Below are positions 36,057-46,176 of a DNA stretch of 64,000 nucleotides, piece by piece. The position numbers and the translations under genes were made by a program. The number at the start of each line of letters is the position of its first letter. Position 1 is the first letter of the stretch. The notes beneath the pieces were generated by a model, which saw only the letters and a program-made list of their open reading frames with translations, did no database searches and was not told where the DNA came from. Source of the DNA: Escherichia coli (lineage in GTDB: Bacteria; Pseudomonadota; Gammaproteobacteria; Enterobacterales; Enterobacteriaceae); the NCBI RefSeq assembly GCF_013122565.1, contig NZ_CP053258.1; one strand, written 5' to 3'.

Positions 36057-36062
36057 TCAGCA

Positions 36063-36139
<77 letters not shown>

Positions 36140-36357
36140 CCACCCCGCGTCCGTGGATGCGCACTATACTCCGCTCGCGTTTTCATGCAACCTTTTTTTT
36201 ACCCCGATCACGGTTCTGGCATGATTTTGAACAAAAACAAATCACTAAAGCCTATTTTTTGTGCAAAATTTGCGTCAGGGAGAGGCTGCTCATTTCATTA
36301 AACGCGGCGGTTTGTTATCTTCGTTGCGCCTTATTTTTTAACCTGAAGAAGAGAACA

Positions 36358-37455
36358 ATGAAAGGACGTTGGGTAAAGTACCTTCTTATGGGCACGGTTG
36401 TGGCAATGCTTGCCGCCTGCTCTTCCAAACCAACCGATCGCGGACAGCAATATAAAGACGGGAAATTTACCCAGCCTTTCTCTCTGGTGAACCAGCCAGA
36501 TGCCGTTGGCGCGCCGATTAACGCCGGTGATTTTGCTGAGCAAATTAACCATATCCGTAATTCGTCACCGCGTCTGTATGGCAACCAGAGTAATGTTTAT
36601 AACGCGGTGCAAGAGTGGCTGCGCGCAGGCGGTGATACCCGCAATATGCGCCAGTTCGGCATTGATGCCTGGCAGATGGAAGGTGCCGACAACTATGGTA
36701 ACGTGCAGTTTACAGGCTATTACACGCCGGTAATTCAGGCGCGCCATACCCGCCAGGGCGAGTTCCAGTATCCGATTTACCGTATGCCGCCAAAACGTGG
36801 TCGTCTGCCGTCTCGTGCGGAGATCTACGCGGGGGCATTGAGCGATAAATACATCCTCGCTTACAGCAACTCTCTGATGGATAATTTCATTATGGATGTG
36901 CAGGGTAGTGGGTATATCGACTTTGGTGATGGCAGCCCCCTTAACTTTTTCAGCTATGCAGGGAAAAACGGTCATGCCTATCGCAGCATTGGTAAGGTGC
37001 TGATCGACCGTGGCGAAGTGAAAAAAGAAGATATGTCGATGCAAGCGATTCGTCACTGGGGCGAAACACACAGTGAAGCCGAGGTTCGCGAGCTGCTGGA
37101 ACAGAACCCGTCTTTTGTCTTCTTTAAACCGCAATCTTTTGCACCGGTGAAAGGGGCAAGTGCGGTGCCGCTGGTTGGTCGTGCTTCTGTTGCCTCTGAT
37201 CGTTCCATTATTCCGCCAGGTACTACCTTGCTGGCAGAAGTGCCGTTACTGGATAATAACGGCAAATTTAATGGTCAGTACGAACTGCGTCTGATGGTGG
37301 CGCTGGATGTCGGTGGCGCAATCAAAGGCCAACACTTCGATATCTATCAAGGGATCGGGCCGGAAGCCGGACACCGTGCAGGTTGGTACAACCACTATGG
37401 ACGGGTTTGGGTACTGAAAACGGCTCCGGGCGCAGGTAACGTCTTTAGCGGCTGA
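36358..37455 (+). CDS. mltA: Membrane-bound lytic murein transglycosylase A
   Basis: Start at MKGRWVKYLLMGTVVAMLAACSS (lipoprotein signal, ATG 36358), 365 aa; the track ORF from 36037 is an upstream extension that would overlap the tRNA. Confidence 0.92.
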   Translation: MKGRWVKYLLMGTVVAMLAACSSKPTDRGQQYKDGKFTQPFSLVNQPDAVGAPINAGDFAEQINHIRNSSPRLYGNQSNVYNAVQEWLRAGGDTRNMRQFGIDAWQMEGADNYGNVQFTGYYTPVIQARHTRQGEFQYPIYRMPPKRGRLPSRAEIYAGALSDKYILAYSNSLMDNFIMDVQGSGYIDFGDGSPLNFFSYAGKNGHAYRSIGKVLIDRGEVKKEDMSMQAIRHWGETHSEAEVRELLEQNPSFVFFKPQSFAPVKGASAVPLVGRASVASDRSIIPPGTTLLAEVPLLDNNGKFNGQYELRLMVALDVGGAIKGQHFDIYQGIGPEAGHRAGWYNHYGRVWVLKTAPGAGNVFSG

Positions 37456-37543
37456 TGTGATATTCTGTATGCCGTTTTGACGGATATGACAGGGTGAGGG
37501 GTAACCTTACATCCTGATTATTGACTAAGTGCGTGTTGTTCAT

Positions 37544-37641
37544 GCCGGATGCGGCGTGAACGCCTTATCCGGCCTACAAATCATGCAAATCCAAAATATT
37601 GCAGGAGTTATGTAGGCCTGATAAGCGTAGCGCATCAGGCA
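37544..37641. repeat. BIME: two inverted REP elements
   Basis: GCCGGATGCGGCGTGAACGCCTTATCCGGCCTACA (37544-37578) and the inverted copy TGTAGGCCTGATAAGCGTAGCGCATCAGGCA (37611-37641). Confidence 0.75.
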
Positions 37642-37693
37642 ATTATGCGTTTAGGGTGAGGGATAACCTCACCCTTTTTAATTCAGAGGTGCT

Positions 37694-38500
37694 ATGTCTG
37701 TTGTAATTAGTGATGCCTGGCGTCAGCGTTTTGGCGGCACTGCGCGTCTGTATGGTGAAAAAGCGTTGCAACTGTTTGCTGACGCGCATATTTGTGTGGT
37801 CGGTATTGGCGGTGTCGGTTCCTGGGCGGCGGAAGCGCTGGCGCGCACGGGGATTGGCGCAATCACGCTTATCGATATGGATGATGTGTGCGTCACCAAT
37901 ACCAATCGGCAAATTCATGCCCTGCGCGATAACGTTGGGCTGGCAAAAGCGGAAGTTATGGCGGAGCGTATTCGCCAGATTAACCCGGAGTGCCGTGTAA
38001 CGGTGGTGGATGATTTCGTGACGCCGGATAACGTAGCGCAGTATATGAGCGTGGGTTATTCGTACGTGATTGATGCCATTGATAGTGTACGGCCCAAAGC
38101 GGCGCTGATTGCTTATTGTCGGCGCAATAAAATCCCACTGGTCACAACCGGTGGCGCGGGTGGGCAGATTGATCCGACGCAGATTCAGGTTACCGATCTG
38201 GCGAAAACGATTCAGGACCCGCTGGCGGCGAAGTTGCGTGAGCGCCTGAAAAGCGATTTTGGCATAGTGAAAAACAGTAAAGGTAAGCTCGGCGTGGATT
38301 GCGTGTTCTCTACCGAAGCATTGGTGTACCCGCAGTCAGACGGTACGGTGTGTGCTATGAAAGCCACGGCAGAAGGGCCGAAGCGGATGGATTGTGCATC
38401 TGGATTTGGCGCGGCGACGATGGTGACCGCCACCTTTGGTTTTGTTGCGGTTTCTCATGCGCTGAAGAAGATGATGGCGAAAGCGGCGCGTCAGGGGTAA
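37694..38500 (+). CDS. tcdA: tRNA threonylcarbamoyladenosine dehydratase (ThiF/MoeB-like E1 fold)
   Basis: 268 aa; nucleotide-binding motif VVGIGGVGSWAAEALARTG; synteny with csdA and csdE. Confidence 0.9.
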   Translation: MSVVISDAWRQRFGGTARLYGEKALQLFADAHICVVGIGGVGSWAAEALARTGIGAITLIDMDDVCVTNTNRQIHALRDNVGLAKAEVMAERIRQINPECRVTVVDDFVTPDNVAQYMSVGYSYVIDAIDSVRPKAALIAYCRRNKIPLVTTGGAGGQIDPTQIQVTDLAKTIQDPLAAKLRERLKSDFGIVKNSKGKLGVDCVFSTEALVYPQSDGTVCAMKATAEGPKRMDCASGFGAATMVTATFGFVAVSHALKKMMAKAARQG

Positions 38501-38506
38501 ACAATC

Positions 38507-38540
38507 AGGTCGGATGCGACGCGAACGTCTTATCCGACCT
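38507..38540. repeat. REP palindrome between convergent tcdA and csdE
   Basis: AGGTCGGATGCGACGCGAACGTCTTATCCGACCT. Confidence 0.7.
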
Positions 38541-38550
38541 GGTTCTGTGC

Positions 38551-38994
38551 TTAAACCTGCTTCGCCGCAGCGATAATCGCCTCGCTTAACGCATTCAACC
38601 CCTGGCTGCGTGAGGCGCTAAGGTGCGCACGCAATCCCAGCTCATCAAACAATGCCAGCGGCGACTGTGCCTGCAATTCGGCGGCGGTTTTCCCCTCAAC
38701 GGCAGTCAACAACACCGCCAGCAGGCCGCGCACAATGCGCCCTTCACTGTCGCCAAAGAAGTGCATTTTACCGTTTTCAGCCACGGTATATCCGAGCCAG
38801 ACGCGGTTTTCGCATCCGGCAATCTCTTTAGCCTGCGCTTTTAACTCGTCTGGCAAAGCCGGAAGCTGTTTCCCCAGCATGATCAACTGGCGATATTTAT
38901 CTTCCCATTGCGTCAACGGTGCGAAGGTATTGCGTAACGTTTCTGCGGTTACGGTTGTGCCGAACGGATGTCCGGCGAATTGCGGGTTCGTCAT
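38551..38994 (-). CDS. csdE: Sulfur acceptor protein CsdE (SufE-like)
   Basis: 147 aa; SufE-family sequence; adjacent to and overlapping csdA. Confidence 0.9.
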   Translation of the reverse strand: MTNPQFAGHPFGTTVTAETLRNTFAPLTQWEDKYRQLIMLGKQLPALPDELKAQAKEIAGCENRVWLGYTVAENGKMHFFGDSEGRIVRGLLAVLLTAVEGKTAAELQAQSPLALFDELGLRAHLSASRSQGLNALSEAIIAAAKQV

Positions 38995-40199
38995 TAATCC
39001 ACCAATAATTCCAGCGCGCGGTCAACGGCATTCACCAGCGCATCCACATCACTCTTTGTATTATATGGCGCAAAAGAGGCGCGCAGAGTGCCGGTTACGC
39101 CTAATTCTGCCAGTAGCGGCTGAGCGCAATGCTGCCCGGCCCGCAGGGCAATACCGTACTCCGCCAGCAGCGTCACCATATCGCTGTGATGAACACCCGC
39201 GAAATCAAAGGCCAGCAGGCTGGAATCCTGGCAGCGGAATGAGCGGAAGCCAGGACGTTTTGCCAGCGCATCTTCCGCCAGCGTTGCTAAGCTACGGCTC
39301 CAGCTTTCGGCCTGGTTGATATCGTAATCTGCCAGCCATTCCAGCGCCGCGCTTAATCCTATGACACCAGCGACATTTGGCGTTCCGGCTTCCAGTTTCC
39401 ACGGCGCAGATTGAGTCGTGAAGCCGTCAAAACTCACTTCGTGAACCATTTTGCCACCGCCCAGCCAGGGCGACATCGCTTCCAGCAGTTCTGGTTTGCC
39501 ATACAGCACGCCGATACCTGTCGGGCCATACAGTTTGTGACCTGAAAAAGCATAGAAATCAATATCCAGTTGCTGAACATCCGCGGGGAAATGCACCGCC
39601 CCCTGAGCACCATCAACCATCACTACCATCCCGGCTGAATGAGCAAAGGTAATCGCTCGCGCCAGATCCGGGCAACCGCCAGTAACGTTCGACATCTGAC
39701 CCAACGCCAGAATCCGACTACGGGGAGTAATCAGTTCTGGCAACAAATCGACATCCGGCAGTCGCTGCGCATTAAGCGGCAATTTCACCACTTTGGCTCC
39801 AGTTTGTTGGGCGACCATCAGCCAGGGAACGAGGTTAGCGTGATGCTCTGCCACGCTGACAATAATCTCATCGCCCGGTTGCAGACGCGGACGCGCATAG
39901 CATTGTGCCACCATGTTGATGGATTCAGTGGTGCCGCGCGTCCAGACGATATTTTTGTCATACGATGCATTCAGTAATTGTGCCACTTTTTCCCGCGCAG
40001 CTTCATAACGCGCGGTCAGGCGTTGGGCTTCGGCAAACTGGCTGCGATGGACGTTTCCGGCGCTCAGGCTGTAAAACTGTCGGGTGGCTTCAACCACGGC
40101 TTCAGGTTTAAGCGCGGTCGCGGCGCTGTCGAGATAGACGCCCGCATCCTGTAGTGCGGGAAACTGGGCGCGAAACTGCGCGGGATTAAAAACGTTCAT
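38994..40199 (-). CDS. csdA: Cysteine desulfurase / cysteine sulfinate desulfinase CsdA
   Basis: Start at [16 protein letters not shown] (ATG 40197-40199), 401 aa; class V aminotransferase-like; the track ORF is extended 12 codons upstream. Confidence 0.9.
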   Translation of the reverse strand: MNVFNPAQFRAQFPALQDAGVYLDSAATALKPEAVVEATRQFYSLSAGNVHRSQFAEAQRLTARYEAAREKVAQLLNASYDKNIVWTRGTTESINMVAQCYARPRLQPGDEIIVSVAEHHANLVPWLMVAQQTGAKVVKLPLNAQRLPDVDLLPELITPRSRILALGQMSNVTGGCPDLARAITFAHSAGMVVMVDGAQGAVHFPADVQQLDIDFYAFSGHKLYGPTGIGVLYGKPELLEAMSPWLGGGKMVHEVSFDGFTTQSAPWKLEAGTPNVAGVIGLSAALEWLADYDINQAESWSRSLATLAEDALAKRPGFRSFRCQDSSLLAFDFAGVHHSDMVTLLAEYGIALRAGQHCAQPLLAELGVTGTLRASFAPYNTKSDVDALVNAVDRALELLVD

Positions 40200-40387
40200 G
40201 GTACTCCTCGGCTTGATGCACCGATCGTGACGCAAAATTCACTTTGATACAAGGATAGTGCTAACCATCAGAATTATCTGGATATCCTGGCGAAGCCGCG
40301 TAAGTAACATATGCTGAATAGTGTTAGGCATTAATTTTAGCCTGTTAATCAATACTATTAAGATTTATTAATCGCTTTAAGGAGAAG

Positions 40388-40618
40388 ATGATGAAAAAGA
40401 CTGCCGCAATTATTTCTGCCTGTATGCTGACTTTTGCCCTGAGCGCCTGTTCCGGTTCAAACTATGTGATGCACACCAATGACGGACGTACCATCGTCTC
40501 TGACGGCAAACCACAGACTGATAACGATACCGGTATGATTTCGTATAAAGACGCTAATGGCAACAAACAGCAGATCAACCGTACTGACGTGAAAGAGATG
40601 GTCGAACTGGATCAGTAA
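40388..40618 (+). CDS. ygdI: Small lipoprotein, DUF903 family
   Basis: 76 aa; lipobox LSAC; paralog of ygdR at 6774. Confidence 0.85.
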   Translation: MMKKTAAIISACMLTFALSACSGSNYVMHTNDGRTIVSDGKPQTDNDTGMISYKDANGNKQQINRTDVKEMVELDQ

Positions 40619-40634
40619 TTCGCGATCGCAAGGT

Positions 40635-40840
40635 AAAAAAAAGCACCGCAATTAGGCGGTGCTACATTAATCACTATGGACAGACAGGGTAAATGTACAG
40701 GAAGTGAAAAAAGGTAGCTTTGCTACCATGGTCTGAATCGCAGACCAATTGCAAACACAACAACACAACATCACAACCGTAAGCCAAAAGTTCACCAGAA
40801 CACGCATTCCGATAAAACTTTTCGTTCCGGCTCAGGAAGT
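40635..40840 (-). ncRNA. gcvB: GcvB small RNA
   Basis: Minus-strand read begins ACTTCCTGAGCCGGAACGAAAAGTTTTATCGG and ends GCACCGCCTAATTGCGGTGC plus U-run; includes the GT-rich stretch TGTTGTGTTGTTGTGTT; 206 nt, divergent from gcvA. Confidence 0.88.
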
Positions 40841-40968
40841 GCCGCCACTATAGGTATTTGCTGGTAGAAGCTCAACGGACAATTTATAATGGCTCAGATT
40901 AAAAAAACTAATAGGTTACACAGTGTGATCTAATTGTTAAATTCATTTAACATCAAAGTTTAAAAGCC

Positions 40969-41886
40969 ATGTCTAAACGATTACCACCGCTAAATGCCTT
41001 ACGAGTTTTTGATGCCGCAGCACGCCATTTAAGTTTCACTCGCGCAGCAGAAGAGCTTTTTGTGACCCAGGCCGCAGTAAGTCATCAAATCAAGTCTCTT
41101 GAGGATTTTCTGGGGCTAAAACTGTTCCGCCGCCGTAATCGTTCACTCCTGTTGACCGAGGAAGGTCAAAGCTATTTCCTCGATATCAAAGAGATATTTT
41201 CGCAATTAACCGAAGCGACGCGTAAACTCCAGGCCCGTAGCGCCAAGGGGGCGTTGACGGTCAGTTTACTCCCTAGTTTTGCCATTCATTGGTTGGTTCC
41301 GCGACTTTCCAGCTTTAATTCAGCTTATCCGGGAATTGACGTTCGAATCCAGGCGGTTGATCGTCAGGAAGATAAGCTGGCGGATGATGTTGATGTGGCG
41401 ATATTTTATGGTCGGGGCAACTGGCCGGGGCTACGGGTGGAAAAACTGTACGCCGAATATTTATTGCCGGTGTGTTCGCCTCTACTGCTGACTGGCGAAA
41501 AACCCTTGAAGACCCCGGAAGATCTGGCTAAACATACGCTATTACATGATGCGTCACGCCGTGACTGGCAGACATATACCCGACAATTGGGGTTAAATCA
41601 TATCAACGTTCAGCAAGGGCCAATTTTTAGCCATAGCGCCATGGTGCTGCAAGCGGCTATCCACGGGCAGGGAGTGGCGCTGGCAAATAACGTGATGGCG
41701 CAATCTGAAATTGAAGCCGGACGTCTTGTTTGCCCGTTTAATGATGTTCTGGTCAGTAAAAACGCTTTTTATCTGGTTTGTCATGACAGCCAGGCAGAAC
41801 TGGGTAAAATAGCCGCCTTTCGCCAATGGATCCTGGCGAAAGCCGCTGCTGAACAAGAAAAATTCCGCTTTCGTTATGAACAATAA
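40969..41886 (+). CDS. gcvA: Glycine cleavage system transcriptional activator, LysR family
   Basis: 305 aa; LysR-type HTH N-terminus. Confidence 0.92.
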   Translation: MSKRLPPLNALRVFDAAARHLSFTRAAEELFVTQAAVSHQIKSLEDFLGLKLFRRRNRSLLLTEEGQSYFLDIKEIFSQLTEATRKLQARSAKGALTVSLLPSFAIHWLVPRLSSFNSAYPGIDVRIQAVDRQEDKLADDVDVAIFYGRGNWPGLRVEKLYAEYLLPVCSPLLLTGEKPLKTPEDLAKHTLLHDASRRDWQTYTRQLGLNHINVQQGPIFSHSAMVLQAAIHGQGVALANNVMAQSEIEAGRLVCPFNDVLVSKNAFYLVCHDSQAELGKIAAFRQWILAKAAAEQEKFRFRYEQ

Positions 41887-41904
41887 TTTACGTAGGGTAC
41901 GACC

Positions 41905-42300
41905 ATGACCAGCCGTTTTATGCTGATTTTCGCCGCCATTAGCGGCTTCATTTTTGTGGCTCTGGGCGCTTTTGGCGCGCATGTGTTAAGTAAAACCATG
42001 GGGGCCGTTGAGATGGGCTGGATCCAGACCGGCCTCGAATACCAGGCGTTTCATACGCTGGCGATCTTAGGTCTGGCGGTGGCAATGCAGCGTCGCATCA
42101 GTATCTGGTTTTACTGGAGTAGCGTTTTCCTCGCGTTAGGCACGGTGCTGTTCAGCGGCAGCCTTTATTGCCTGGCACTGTCCCATCTGCGTTTGTGGGC
42201 GTTTGTCACTCCGGTTGGCGGCGTGAGCTTCCTTGCGGGCTGGGCGTTAATGTTAGTTGGTGCTATCCGTTTAAAGCGCAAGGGCGTAAGTCATGAATAA
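41905..42300 (+). CDS. ygdD: Inner membrane protein, DUF423
   Basis: 131 aa, four hydrophobic segments; overlaps the rlmM start. Confidence 0.85.
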   Translation: MTSRFMLIFAAISGFIFVALGAFGAHVLSKTMGAVEMGWIQTGLEYQAFHTLAILGLAVAMQRRISIWFYWSSVFLALGTVLFSGSLYCLALSHLRLWAFVTPVGGVSFLAGWALMLVGAIRLKRKGVSHE

Positions 42301-43393
42301 GGTTGTATTGCTGTGCCGTCCGGGCTTTGAAAAAGAGTGCGCCGCAGAAATTACCGATAAAGCCGGCCAGCGGGAAATTTTCGGTTTTGCCCGCGTGAAA
42401 GAGAATGCGGGTTATGTCATTTATGAATGTTATCAACCTGATGATGGCGATAAGTTAATCCGTGAGCTGCCGTTCAGTTCATTAATTTTTGCCCGCCAGT
42501 GGTTTGTGGTGGGGGAACTCCTGCAGCATTTGCCGCCAGAAGATCGTATTACCCCCATTGTCGGCATGTTGCAGGGCGTAGTAGAGAAGGGCGGTGAACT
42601 GCGTGTTGAAGTTGCCGATACCAACGAAAGCAAAGAGTTGCTGAAATTCTGCCGTAAATTCACTGTTCCGCTACGCGCTGCCTTGCGCGATGTCGGGGTG
42701 CTGGCGAACTATGAAACGCCGAAGCGTCCGGTTGTGCATGTATTCTTTATTGCACCAGGCTGCTGCTATACCGGTTACTCATACAGCAACAATAATTCGC
42801 CGTTCTATATGGGCATTCCGCGCCTGAAATTTCCGGCAGATGCGCCGAGTCGTTCCACGCTCAAACTGGAAGAGGCATTTCATGTGTTTATTCCTGCGGA
42901 TGAGTGGGATGAACGCCTGGCGAACGGGATGTGGGCGGTGGATTTAGGCGCTTGCCCTGGCGGCTGGACCTACCAACTGGTGAAGCGCAACATGTGGGTT
43001 TATTCCGTCGACAACGGCCCGATGGCGCAAAGTCTGATGGATACCGGGCAGGTGACGTGGCTGCGGGAAGATGGTTTCAAATTCCGTCCGACACGCAGCA
43101 ATATCTCCTGGATGGTATGCGATATGGTTGAAAAACCGGCGAAAGTTGCGGCATTGATGGCGCAGTGGCTGGTTAATGGCTGGTGCCGTGAAACCATTTT
43201 CAACCTCAAACTGCCGATGAAAAAACGCTACGAAGAAGTATCACACAATCTGGCGTATATTCAGGCACAGCTTGATGAACATGGCATAAATGCTCAGATT
43301 CAGGCGCGGCAGTTGTATCACGATCGCGAAGAAGTGACGGTGCACGTCCGCCGCATCTGGGCTGCGGTGGGTGGTCGTCGCGACGAGCGATAA
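42293..43393 (+). CDS. rlmM: 23S rRNA 2'-O-ribose C2498 methyltransferase
   Basis: 366 aa; synteny with ygdD and fucR. Confidence 0.88.
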   Translation: MNKVVLLCRPGFEKECAAEITDKAGQREIFGFARVKENAGYVIYECYQPDDGDKLIRELPFSSLIFARQWFVVGELLQHLPPEDRITPIVGMLQGVVEKGGELRVEVADTNESKELLKFCRKFTVPLRAALRDVGVLANYETPKRPVVHVFFIAPGCCYTGYSYSNNNSPFYMGIPRLKFPADAPSRSTLKLEEAFHVFIPADEWDERLANGMWAVDLGACPGGWTYQLVKRNMWVYSVDNGPMAQSLMDTGQVTWLREDGFKFRPTRSNISWMVCDMVEKPAKVAALMAQWLVNGWCRETIFNLKLPMKKRYEEVSHNLAYIQAQLDEHGINAQIQARQLYHDREEVTVHVRRIWAAVGGRRDER

Positions 43394-43436
43394 CAGGCAA
43401 GGCCGGGGCGTCGTCTCCGGCCTGCTACCCTTTCCG

Positions 43437-44168
43437 TCAGGCTGTTACCAAAGAAGTTGCAACCTGGCGCTCATCAGAAATAATGTGCGTTACCTCATCC
43501 AGATGCCCGATGCGGGCTTCCCCTGAACGATTAAATTTACTTTTATCAATCAATAACAACGATTGCGCGGCACGTTTTAATAGCATCGATTTGTAATCAG
43601 CGTTGATGGCATTGGAGTCCCACAGTGCGCCGCTGCTATCGATCCCTTCACAAGAAAAAATAAACAGATCGATTTCCAGCGATTTAAGTTGGGAAATCAG
43701 CGAGGGATTGACGTAACAGCCATATTTGCGCTCAAGTGTGCCGCCGGAACTGATCAGTTGAATGCGTTCGCGTTTACCGAGTTCATGGCAAATCGGATGG
43801 CTATTGGTGAAGACCAGAATGTTGATGTCAGGCAACTGGCGTGCCAGATACCAGCAGGTTGAACTGGCGTCTAAGGCTATTACCATCCCTTCTTCAATCC
43901 ATGCGAGCGCCTCGCGCGCGATATCTGCTTTATGCGCATAATGGCTTTTCAGCCGGATGTGAAAGGGATCGCCACTGTCTTGATTTTGACGGTGGATATA
44001 TTTAGCGCGCCCATGATTGCGCAGAATTTTACCCTGCGTCTGTAATTCATTGAGATCGCGACGAATGGTTTCTTTACTGACCTTTAGCTGTTCAGAGAGA
44101 GCTTCCGTGGTCAGGCTGGTATGGTTCAGCAGCAGGTCGACTATCGCTTGCTGGCGTGCCGCTTTCAT
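43437..44168 (-). CDS. fucR: L-fucose operon activator, DeoR family
   Basis: Start at MKAARQQAIVDLL (243 aa); the track ORF begins 3 codons earlier (MKNMKAAR). Confidence 0.9.
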   Translation of the reverse strand: MKAARQQAIVDLLLNHTSLTTEALSEQLKVSKETIRRDLNELQTQGKILRNHGRAKYIHRQNQDSGDPFHIRLKSHYAHKADIAREALAWIEEGMVIALDASSTCWYLARQLPDINILVFTNSHPICHELGKRERIQLISSGGTLERKYGCYVNPSLISQLKSLEIDLFIFSCEGIDSSGALWDSNAINADYKSMLLKRAAQSLLLIDKSKFNRSGEARIGHLDEVTHIISDERQVATSLVTA

Positions 44169-44225
44169 ATTTTTCACCCCATCATTCGATAACCGCCCGC
44201 GTCATGCGGGCGTACCGGTATGAGA

Positions 44226-44648
44226 TTACGGTGTTACCCCTTTTTTTAAAAGAATATTCCCGTACTTCGCTCGTTCGCCTGTGATAACGATCGCAAAGGC
44301 TTTTTGTGCCCGTTCATAAAACGCAAAACGATTGATGCGGATGATGTCAGGACACGGGGCTTGTAGTGAAAGCGCATTACGGTAACGTCGTTCTACTTCA
44401 GGATCGAGAGTGTCACCTTCTACCGCCGCCATCATCACCAGCGGCGGTGCATAACTGTCCAGTTCAAATAACGGGATAATCGCCTGGAGCAAGTCGCTCA
44501 CCAACAGGCCATCAGCGCGGATCACCTGCGGTCCCATCGAATGGGCGGGAAAGTGAGCATCGGAAAAAATAATTTCATCTCCATGCCCCATCTCTGCCAG
44601 CACTTTCAATAGTTCGGGAGAAATTAACGGCGAAATTGTTTTCAGCAT
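44226..44648 (-). CDS. fucU: L-fucose mutarotase
   Basis: 140 aa; RbsD/FucU family; synteny. Confidence 0.9.
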
Positions 44649-44649
44649 T

Positions 44650-46068
44650 TCACACTTCCTCTATAAATTCAGGTTCAGTTTGCGGGTAGAAATAACGGTA
44701 CTGATAATGAATCTGTGCGCGGGCTTCTTCCGGGCTGTTAAATTCCCCTATGCCATACCAACCGAACAGCGCAGCTCCTGCGACGGTCGTTTCGGCGTCG
44801 TCGAGAACTTTTACCGGAATATCAAGCATATTGGCTTTAATCTGATTCCACAATGTGTTGCGACTTCCTCCGCCGACTAACAATAATTCAGAGGCTTTAA
44901 AGTGCCCGATTTTTTCCAGCATCTGTAGATTGCGCTGTAATTGCGCAGTTAACCCTTCCAGCGCCGCGCGATAGAAATGCCCCCGCGTGGTATTAAGCGT
45001 CACTCCTTGCCAGCCAGCGTTCTGACACGACAATAAATCACACTGCATTTTCACGCCATCCGCGCCAGGCGCGATCAGACGAGCCTCTTCAATCAACATT
45101 TGCCAAGGTGTTTCAGCCGTCCAGAACAGTTTTCTCACCCATTCCAGCACGCCTGATGCCAGCCATTGCATACCTGGGTTATACAACCCTGCCTGGCTAT
45201 CCAGTTCGCAGGTGGAACCGGCGTACTGACTTAACAGCGAAGTATCAACCTGGGCGCTGCGAACCATTAAAATTTCCCATGTACCTGAAGAGAGCACGGG
45301 TTCATTTTGTTCAGCACCAGCGCCAAAAAGGGCGAACTGGGTATCGTGACCTGCGGAAATCACCGGTATGCCAACGGGTAAGCCGAGCATTGCTGCGGCG
45401 CTGTTCTGTAGCGTACCAATCTGTTCACCCGCTTCCACCAGACGAGGGAAAAGTCGGCGTGGAATACCGGTGGCTTGTAAAATTTGCGGACTGAAATCGC
45501 GTTGCTGGATATCCAGCATCTGGCTGGTTCCGGCCATCGTGATATCAGTAGTGAATTCACCGGTTAAACGGTGGTTAATCAGCGACGAAATAAAGAGCCA
45601 GGCGTGCGCGCGTTCCAGCAGTTGTGGATGATTTTCTTTCAACCACACCAACTTATATAACGTATTGAAACTAAAGGCTCCGACGCCAGAAATAGCCTGC
45701 AACTGCTGTGCGGAGATCAACCGTTCAATATTGTCCATAACCGCTGCTGTTCGCGGACATTTCCAGCTAATGATCGGATAGAGCAGATTGCCTTGCTTAT
45801 CTACCAGAGCGCCATCCACACCAAAGGTGGTGACGGCGATACCGCGGATGTGGCATTCAGTCAGTTCACTATTGATTTGCCGACAGCAATCAGAAAAGCG
45901 TTGCAAAATGGCGTCTAAAGACCACTGGTGCCAGGTGTTGTTTTCCATCGCGATATCGCTGGCATTAGGCGTTGAGGCGCGGGCAACAATTTTTCCCTGC
46001 CGATTAACCGCGATGGCCCTGACATTGGTCGCACCACAGTCGAGTACCAGGATAACTTCTTGTTTCAT
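44650..46068 (-). CDS. fucK: L-fuculokinase
   Basis: FGGY kinase family; start at [17 protein letters not shown] (472 aa); alternative upstream ATG at 46098. Confidence 0.88.
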
Positions 46069-46086
46069 AATCGCTCCTGCAATATA

Positions 46087-46156
46087 GCCGGATAACATTG
46101 CTTATCCGGCTAACCACTCTTGCTTGTTCAGGCCCGGTAGCCGGAGCGACCGGGCA
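46087..46156. repeat. REP-like palindromes between fucK and fucI
   Basis: GCCGGATAACATTGCTTATCCGGC and GCCCGGT-AGCCGGAGCG-ACCGGGC palindromes. Confidence 0.5.
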
Positions 46157-46176
46157 TCACATCAGGGAGTAATGTA

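Noticed and set aside
30508-36062. Calling the amiC-tRNA insertion a mobile element or integrative island
   Set aside because: No integrase, transposase, IS terminal repeats or flanking direct repeats of the tRNA 3' end could be found by eye; it is better described as a strain-variable metabolic operon next to a tRNA.
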